In this document: positions 37,562 through 42,546 of the stretch, piece by piece | Layout of the letters: each line of letters begins with the position of its first letter | Numbering within the stretch: the stretch's first letter is position 1 | Origin: a virus | Taxonomy: Duplodnaviria; Caudoviricetes | DNA length: 42,546 nucleotides | Reading direction: 5' to 3' (one strand) | Virus record (IMG/VR): IMGVR_UViG_3300011338_000488 | Span: 1-42,546 of that record | Program-made: the position numbers and the translations under genes | Notes under the pieces: model-generated | What the model saw: the letters and a program-made list of their open reading frames with translations, nothing else | Databases searched by the model: none | Told to the model about the DNA's origin: nothing

Positions 37562-37960
37562 CTATTTTTTAACTATCAGTATTTCATGTGTTTCGAATTT
37601 AATCAATGCCGATACCTGTAATATTTTATTGCGCTTAAAGTATTCGTCTGCATCGTGTTCAATATCATTAACTATAACCGTGTTGCGGTCCCATAGGGCA
37701 AATTCGCAATGTAGTCTAAATCGGTCAGACATTACCGAACTAAATAAAAATAACGGTATATAATCGCTGGTTTTCGGCAACTGCCTTATTAAATCAAAAT
37801 TTACGCATTTGTGATGGTTGCAATAAACGGCCCAAACAGATAAATCGGTTGGTATCATGCGCTGAATATCACCCATACCAACGCCTAATTTTCGGTCGTG
37901 AAATTCTGTTAAATTCTGGTTTGGAAACAACTTATTCACCGCCTTCGCTACGCAATTCAT
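37562..37960 (-). CDS. hypothetical protein
   Basis: Last gene of leftward operon. Confidence 0.65.
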   Translation of the reverse strand: MNCVAKAVNKLFPNQNLTEFHDRKLGVGMGDIQRMIPTDLSVWAVYCNHHKCVNFDLIRQLPKTSDYIPLFLFSSVMSDRFRLHCEFALWDRNTVIVNDIEHDADEYFKRNKILQVSALIKFETHEILIVKK

Positions 37961-38342
37961 TTTGTGATTTGTTGTAAGCTGAAAATAAAAGTTTTTTGCA
38001 TTCGTTTAAATACCATTCTTGCTGCGATTCGGGCAAAGTTATAGCCATCGCGATTAGTTCAGCAATAACTGCTACATTATCGTAAGTACTTTCATTTAGT
38101 AGGTCGCGTTCATCTGTTGTTGCTGCTTTTTCGAAATTATTAACAAATAGGTTTATAGCAGTTCGCAAATCTAAAAACCGTTTTTTCATTTCAAATTTTA
38201 GCTTATTAGGTTCGAATTGTGCTATAGCATATTTTGCCGTACTAAGTGCGCCTAATAGTAACCAAATGTTTTGTGTTAGTTCATTAACGCGATGTTCGCC
38301 TACTTTAGCAATTAACGCGGCTTTTTTTTCTTCATTCGTCAT
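37932..38342 (-). CDS. hypothetical protein
   Basis: Overlap-coupled ORF. Confidence 0.7.
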   Translation of the reverse strand: MTNEEKKAALIAKVGEHRVNELTQNIWLLLGALSTAKYAIAQFEPNKLKFEMKKRFLDLRTAINLFVNNFEKAATTDERDLLNESTYDNVAVIAELIAMAITLPESQQEWYLNECKKLLFSAYNKSQNELRSEGGE

Positions 38343-38511
38343 GTCCTTTCAGTTTGTTTTGAAGTTCTTCAATTTTGTGTGTATAAATATCAATTCTAAG
38401 TTCAAGTTCGTCATCGTATGGCTGCTGGTCCTGAATCCAAAGCATAGCATCTAAATAGCCTTTTTTATATTCAAGAATCTTTTTTAGTCTTTGTTGTTCG
38501 GTACGTGTCAT
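38332..38511 (-). CDS. small hypothetical protein, 59 aa (MTRTEQQRLKKILEYKKGYLDA...)
   Basis: Translated by hand; ATGA-coupled, fills the gap. Confidence 0.7.
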   Translation of the reverse strand: MTRTEQQRLKKILEYKKGYLDAMLWIQDQQPYDDELELRIDIYTHKIEELQNKLKGHDE

Positions 38512-38795
38512 AACTTATCTTTTGCTTCTAATAACTTAGTATAAACTTCTGCAGCTGCCTTATAACCGCGTTCAAATTCTGTTTTCGATTCTTTGCGTAA
38601 CCGTTCGCAATATAAAACGGCATCCATCAATTCCTCTTGAATGTGATTTAACCAGTCTTTATAGTTTAAATCGGTTCTATCAAGTGTTTTGCCATATTTG
38701 CTTATGCCAACCTCGCTACGTTGTTGAAATTTCGCTATAACGGATTCTACGATACTATCAATAGGTTTTTCCGTGTTTGTATGGTCTTGAAGCAT
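38508..38795 (-). CDS. conserved phage protein, possible all-alpha NTP-pyrophosphatase fold
   Basis: R...G..KYG.TLDR.DL...WL.H..EELMDA.LY; true start uncertain. Confidence 0.65.
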   Translation of the reverse strand: MLQDHTNTEKPIDSIVESVIAKFQQRSEVGISKYGKTLDRTDLNYKDWLNHIQEELMDAVLYCERLRKESKTEFERGYKAAAEVYTKLLEAKDKL

Positions 38796-39114
38796 TGTAT
38801 TGTAATTTAGCGTTTATGTGAAAATCTAAATCAATGTTAAACTTATGGCTAAAATCTAACAGCCTTATAATCGCATCGGCTATTTCATCTTGTACGGTGT
38901 CTTTTATGTTTTCTTTAAACCGTTCGGGCGTGCTAATATTTTTGTATTGCAAAATATCTTGTTCAGTTGCCCACTTTTGCGCGCGGTCCGCTTCTATTGC
39001 TTCAGACAATTCGCAAACGGTAAGCATTACTACTTCGGTTAATTTGCGTTCATCCTCCCAAAAACCGCGCGCGGCGTTACCTTCGTGTATTTCTTTTGCT
39101 AATTCGTTAAACAT
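38758..39114 (-). CDS. MazG-like nucleotide pyrophosphohydrolase
   Basis: ELSEAIEA.R...DEIADAIIRLLD...K..YN..RPYKHGK. Confidence 0.85.
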   Translation of the reverse strand: MFNELAKEIHEGNAARGFWEDERKLTEVVMLTVCELSEAIEADRAQKWATEQDILQYKNISTPERFKENIKDTVQDEIADAIIRLLDFSHKFNIDLDFHINAKLQYNASRPYKHGKTY

Positions 39115-39116
39115 AA

Positions 39117-39551
39117 TTATATAAATTTTACTAATTCATCAATTTCTGGAACTCTAATATATTTTTTCTTTTCAATGCTATTCATGATTCGAACACGCGA
39201 TACGCCAAAATATAAGCATGCTAATTCTACAGACATAAAATTCATTATCGTATCATTTGAAAAAACCGCTTTAACATGCCTATTTTGTTTTGGTATCTTA
39301 CCTAATTGTTCTTTAACAGCGTTTCTATCTTGAATATATTTATAAACTGATTCAGCTGTTACTAAGCTTTCAGTTTTGATATTGCCAATACTTACATAAT
39401 CATCAAAATGTTTTACAAATATTTCATCGGGTTTAGCTTCAGTTAGGTAACCAAAATTTATTAACTGTCTTATTCTTGTACCAGCGTAATTAGGATTCTT
39501 AGCGCCGTTTGGCTTAATTATCTGCATCGCTTGTTCAAACGTTAAATACAT
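39117..39551 (-). CDS. hypothetical protein, possible DNA-binding (NUMOD1-like C-terminus)
   Basis: F.SV..AC.YFGVS...I...I pattern. Confidence 0.55.
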   Translation of the reverse strand: MYLTFEQAMQIIKPNGAKNPNYAGTRIRQLINFGYLTEAKPDEIFVKHFDDYVSIGNIKTESLVTAESVYKYIQDRNAVKEQLGKIPKQNRHVKAVFSNDTIMNFMSVELACLYFGVSRVRIMNSIEKKKYIRVPEIDELVKFI

Positions 39552-39572
39552 ATCTTATTTTTTACTTGGTTT

Positions 39573-39605
39573 AAAAAAAACCGCCTGAACTTCAAAACAG
39601 GCGGT
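39573..39605 (-). terminator. intrinsic terminator after ssb
   Basis: - strand ACCGCCTG...CAGGCGG followed by T8. Confidence 0.85.
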
Positions 39606-39671
39606 CAAACCAAAAGACCAATGAAAACTGACAACGCAGAAAAAATAAGATAATTATTTTATTTTTGCAAG

Positions 39672-40025
39672 TTAAAACGGTAAATCAGTATCATTATTTT
39701 GAGAAATAACTTCAACTTCGACCGCTTGCGCTTTTGGTCCGCCGTTTATTTTTCTGCAATACGAAGCAATAATATCAGTATAATATTTGCCTTCATGCTC
39801 ACGGTATTCTATTTTGCCTTCAATAAAAAGTATATCGCCTTTTTCAAGTTTTGTATTATTCCAATAGCTGACTTGATGCCATTGCGTTTTTTCTTGCCAT
39901 TCTCCGTTTTTGTCTTTGCTACTTTCAGATGTTGCAAAACTAAACTTAGTTAGTGTTTTTTCGCCAAATGTTTTTTGCTCAGGTTCTTTGCCAATCCTAC
40001 CGATTAGCGTAACGCGGTTTACCAT
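39672..40025 (-). CDS. ssb: single-stranded DNA-binding protein
   Basis: VNRVTLIGRIGKEPE, FSFATSE, TQWH, IEGKI; C-terminal DLPF. Confidence 0.95.
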   Translation of the reverse strand: MVNRVTLIGRIGKEPEQKTFGEKTLTKFSFATSESSKDKNGEWQEKTQWHQVSYWNNTKLEKGDILFIEGKIEYREHEGKYYTDIIASYCRKINGGPKAQAVEVEVISQNNDTDLPF

Positions 40026-40239
40026 CGTATTTTTTTTTATTTGTTAAAGAATGATTATTAGGTTTTAATTTTCCCTTTGACCAGATGTTAAAGTCATCAA
40101 AAAAAAACGTTTTAACATCGCCTAATTTATAGTATTGATTTTCGCGCGTGCAGATAGCTTTATAATTACCCATCGGTAAATGCTGAATTATTAGCCATTC
40201 ATCGCCTTCTATTTTATCGTGAAAAAAACGGTAAATCAT
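39997..40239 (-). CDS. hypothetical protein
   Basis: Start moved to ATG 40239 to reduce overlap. Confidence 0.55.
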   Translation of the reverse strand: MIYRFFHDKIEGDEWLIIQHLPMGNYKAICTRENQYYKLGDVKTFFFDDFNIWSKGKLKPNNHSLTNKKKYDGKPRYANR

Positions 40240-40738
40240 AAACCCAAAGGTCATATTTTTCAATGACACTAATAAGTATTTTAGCATATTTTTTTTCTGT
40301 TGCATAACCACATTTTTTAAGACCGTGTGCCCATGCTTTATAATCTAATCTGCTAAGTTTTGTTAAATGCCTATAATGCCGTGATGTTAACAGCTTCGAA
40401 TGGTCGCGATATGACCACCATGCCGATTTATAAACTTGAAATTTATCGCGTGGTGTATCGTCTTTGTAAATCGCATATTTGCCCCTACCGCGATACTTTA
40501 CGCCAAAATGATTGTTATGCTTAACCGCTAAACTTGAACGGCCTGCATTCGATTCTATAATGCCCTGTGCTAATGTTATGCTGACAGGTATGTTATACAG
40601 TTTCGCTTCTTGCTTTGCAGTTTTTAAAAAGCGGTCAATGTATCGTTCAACGTGGTTTTTTTTCGGCTGTTTTTTTAGTGCCGGGAATGTAGCAGAAGTA
40701 AATAGAACTACTGCTAAAATTAAAATTGTTGTTCTCAT
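40214..40738 (-). CDS. exported GH73 glucosaminidase (FlgJ-like muramidase)
   Basis: Signal peptide; IPVSITLAQGIIES, NNHFGVK, F..Y.S...S..DH, L.KCGYAT...YA. Confidence 0.9.
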   Translation of the reverse strand: MRTTILILAVVLFTSATFPALKKQPKKNHVERYIDRFLKTAKQEAKLYNIPVSITLAQGIIESNAGRSSLAVKHNNHFGVKYRGRGKYAIYKDDTPRDKFQVYKSAWWSYRDHSKLLTSRHYRHLTKLSRLDYKAWAHGLKKCGYATEKKYAKILISVIEKYDLWVYDLPFFSR

Positions 40739-41106
40739 GTTAAAAATGGTTTAATTAAATTGAATACTTCCCTTGTTTCGTTTTCGGCATAGGTTACTAT
40801 TTGTTCTTCATGTTCTAAATTCCAATTGTAAACTATCATTGCCGCGTGTAACATTTCGTGAAAGATTAATAATGTAGTTTCTAAATCATCCGTACAGCGC
40901 GATAAATTTATAAACACAAAGAACTTGTCTGAGTTTGGATAATAATTGCACCATCCTGCAATGTAAGCATTTTCAGTAGTGTTTTGGTACAGCATGCATT
41001 CTTTGTAGCTTAGACCATGCAGCTCAGATTCGCCTAAGTGCCAAAATATCATACAAGGATTGTGGCTAAGTAAAAGCGTATACTGAGGTCTGGTTATTTC
41101 AATCAT
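40735..41106 (-). CDS. HEXXH-motif protein (putative Zn metallopeptidase)
   Basis: IFHEMLH...E motif. Confidence 0.6.
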   Translation of the reverse strand: MIEITRPQYTLLLSHNPCMIFWHLGESELHGLSYKECMLYQNTTENAYIAGWCNYYPNSDKFFVFINLSRCTDDLETTLLIFHEMLHAAMIVYNWNLEHEEQIVTYAENETREVFNLIKPFLT

Positions 41107-41121
41107 AATATATAGTTTTAG

Positions 41122-41216
41122 TAGTCAGGACAGGATTCGAACCTGCATGGGTGAAAATTTATACGTCGTTTCGACACCCTTACTACGCTTAGCGTCTACC
41201 ATTCCGCCACCTGACT
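41122..41216 (-). ncRNA. tRNA-like RNA with Leu-type D/T arms and no canonical anticodon arm
   Basis: Acceptor AGTCAGG/CCTGACT, D arm TGGCGGAATGGTAGACGC, T arm GCAGG-TTCGAAT-CCTGT; CCA not encoded. Confidence 0.75.
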
Positions 41217-41237
41217 TTTAAAATTGCGTTTTTGAAT

Positions 41238-41325
41238 TATCCCCTGAACGCTAACAGTGCAGACATACGTTTCTGAGAGTCAATTACCCTATCTTCGGTC
41301 CGTGCTTAGCGCTAAGCAGAGGGCT
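41238..41325 (-). ncRNA. candidate structured RNA upstream of the tRNA-like element
   Basis: GC-richer intergenic segment with palindrome TGCTTAGCGCTAAGCA and complementary ends. Confidence 0.35.
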
Positions 41326-41524
41326 AATATTTTTTATAAAATATTTCGTAATAATGCTCGGCTCCATCTGGTTCGCCTGTTGCATTAAATTTGTAGGCTT
41401 GCATTATCTGCTCTTTTTCCATTTCGAGGGCTAAATTTAACCTATTTTGCACTATTGCATCATCAGGATATTCTATAAAACCTAAATCACAAAGGTCTTT
41501 AAAAAATTGCTCTACTGCTGTCAT
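41324..41524 (-). CDS. small hypothetical phage protein, paralog of 59..325
   Basis: MTAVEQ...ALEMEKEQI. Confidence 0.72.
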   Translation of the reverse strand: MTAVEQFFKDLCDLGFIEYPDDAIVQNRLNLALEMEKEQIMQAYKFNATGEPDGAEHYYEIFYKKY

Positions 41525-41679
41525 TTTTTCAAAGGTTCTATACTTATTATTGAATCATTTACTATCATTATTTTCAGCGTGTCGGCACCGTTGAATATTG
41601 GTACTGGTTCTTCTTTGATTTCAATGCAGCGGTTAAGTGTGCATAAAATAACCGCTGCTAAGATAATATATTTAATCAT
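41521..41679 (-). CDS. small exported/membrane protein
   Basis: Start moved to 41679 (MIKYIILAAVILC...), hydrophobic N-terminus. Confidence 0.55.
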   Translation of the reverse strand: MIKYIILAAVILCTLNRCIEIKEEPVPIFNGADTLKIMIVNDSIISIEPLKK

Positions 41680-42001
41680 AGTATTTGCATCTAAGGTTTT
41701 CGTAATATGCTTCTGCTTGCGCTTCTTGGTAGGCTTCATATTCTGCATCGTATGCATCCTGTAACGCTTCTTGCATTAGTTCATCTATGTATAATTCAGA
41801 TGTTTGTAAAAAAAATGCTAATTCTTCGTTATCGGCAAATTCGACATCGCCTATATGAGTGCTGATAATTTCAAACCATGCATCGCAATCTGGTTCTAAT
41901 GGTGCGCCCCAACGGTCACGGCTTCCGCGTTCAGGTGCATTATAATCGCCTACTATTGTAATAATATAGCCATCGTAGTTTAATTCTGCTGTCGTTTTCA
42001 T
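41672..42001 (-). CDS. hypothetical acidic protein
   Basis: ORF with A-rich leader. Confidence 0.7.
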   Translation of the reverse strand: MKTTAELNYDGYIITIVGDYNAPERGSRDRWGAPLEPDCDAWFEIISTHIGDVEFADNEELAFFLQTSELYIDELMQEALQDAYDAEYEAYQEAQAEAYYENLRCKYYD

Positions 42002-42014
42002 TGTGATTTTATTT

Positions 42015-42377
42015 TTAAAGTTCTCTATAATCTGTAAATTGTTTTAATATTTTATACCCTTTAGATTTTAAATGTTCTATCATTTGTTCATCTGTTATAA
42101 ATTCTATTTGTGGCTGAATAGATGTTTTAGATTGGTAAAAATTATTATTTGTTTCGTTAATAACTTTTTTAATATTTTCAGCCATTTCGATTGAAGGTTG
42201 TTTGAATCTACAAAAATAATTTTTATTTCTTTTTTCTACTAAACCTAATTCTTTACAAGTTAAAATAAATCTTGCACCTATTTTTCTATCTTTTGCGAAT
42301 TTAGTGCTATTTTGAATTTTACCTATTTTTTGTAGGTCTAATAATGCATCGTAATACTTTTCAATTGTCGTTTTCAT
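42015..42377 (-). CDS. hypothetical protein
   Basis: ORF with A-rich leader. Confidence 0.65.
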   Translation of the reverse strand: MKTTIEKYYDALLDLQKIGKIQNSTKFAKDRKIGARFILTCKELGLVEKRNKNYFCRFKQPSIEMAENIKKVINETNNNFYQSKTSIQPQIEFITDEQMIEHLKSKGYKILKQFTDYREL

Positions 42378-42381
42378 TGTC

Positions 42382-42546
42382 TTAAAAGTTTTTAAAGTTT
42401 ATAATTTCATTTAATACGTCAAAATAATATTGCACTACCTCAGTGCTTTTTTCATCGGTCAAATCGTGTACTAATAAATCTGATACAACGCAATCGCCTA
42501 ACTCATCGGCAACCATTAAACAGATATTTATAGTTTGTAGCTTTTC
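42382..42546 (-). CDS. hypothetical protein, 5' end beyond right edge (...EKLQTINICLMVADEL...INFKNF)
   Basis: Translated by hand: 54 open codons to TAA at 42382. Confidence 0.55.
   Translation of the reverse strand, partial: EKLQTINICLMVADELGDCVVSDLLVHDLTDEKSTEVVQYYFDVLNEIINFKNF

Noticed and set aside
39660-39667. TATTTTTG promoter match on + strand
   Set aside because: Points antisense into ssb in an AT-rich tract with no -33 element; likely chance
41122-41216. Functional tRNA-Leu(TAA) or attP site
   Set aside because: TAA triplets are not in a 7-nt loop on a 5-bp stem; no integrase in the window
129-41764. Many opposite-strand ORFs (e.g. 129..341, 311..610, 17030..17437, 29962..30264, 34350..34649, 38834..39124)
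   Set aside because: Antisense shadows of well-supported genes, without motifs or expression signals
1-42546. Stop-codon reassignment as in some Bacteroidota phages
   Set aside because: Genes are full length and densely packed in code 11; TAA, TAG and TGA all serve as stops

Overview
About 42.5 kb of a tailed dsDNA phage genome, probably a siphovirus and possibly near-complete and circularly permuted. The host is most likely in the Bacteroidota: perfect TTTG-N19-TAnnTTTG promoters, A-rich starts without Shine-Dalgarno motifs, and Bacteroidota-style SSB, GH73 and holin. Layout: leftward early/replication operon (VRR-NUC, i-type-lysozyme-like lipoprotein, HNH, DNA methyltransferase, SF2 helicase, HTH); rightward recombination block (RecE-like exonuclease, GIY-YIG, Rad52/Sak, KilA-N); a 231-bp iterated inverted-repeat locus with an AT-rich tract (ori or cos/pac candidate); terminase genes; a leftward block with a sigma-70 and a SPOR protein; a long virion operon in unusual tail-before-head order with dispersed lysis genes; then leftward accessory genes (MazG-like, SSB, GH73, an anticodon-less tRNA-like RNA). 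No integrase, primase or DNA polymerase is recognisable. Most notable: an unannotated -1 frameshift in the tail chaperone, the symmetric TGTTAC/IHF-box locus, covarying 28-bp palindromes inside a direct repeat, a tRNA mimic beside a second structured RNA, three exported peptidoglycan-targeting proteins outside the lysis genes, and Cys-rich virion proteins alongside a membrane CxxC protein. All protein calls come from motif recognition by eye, not database searches.
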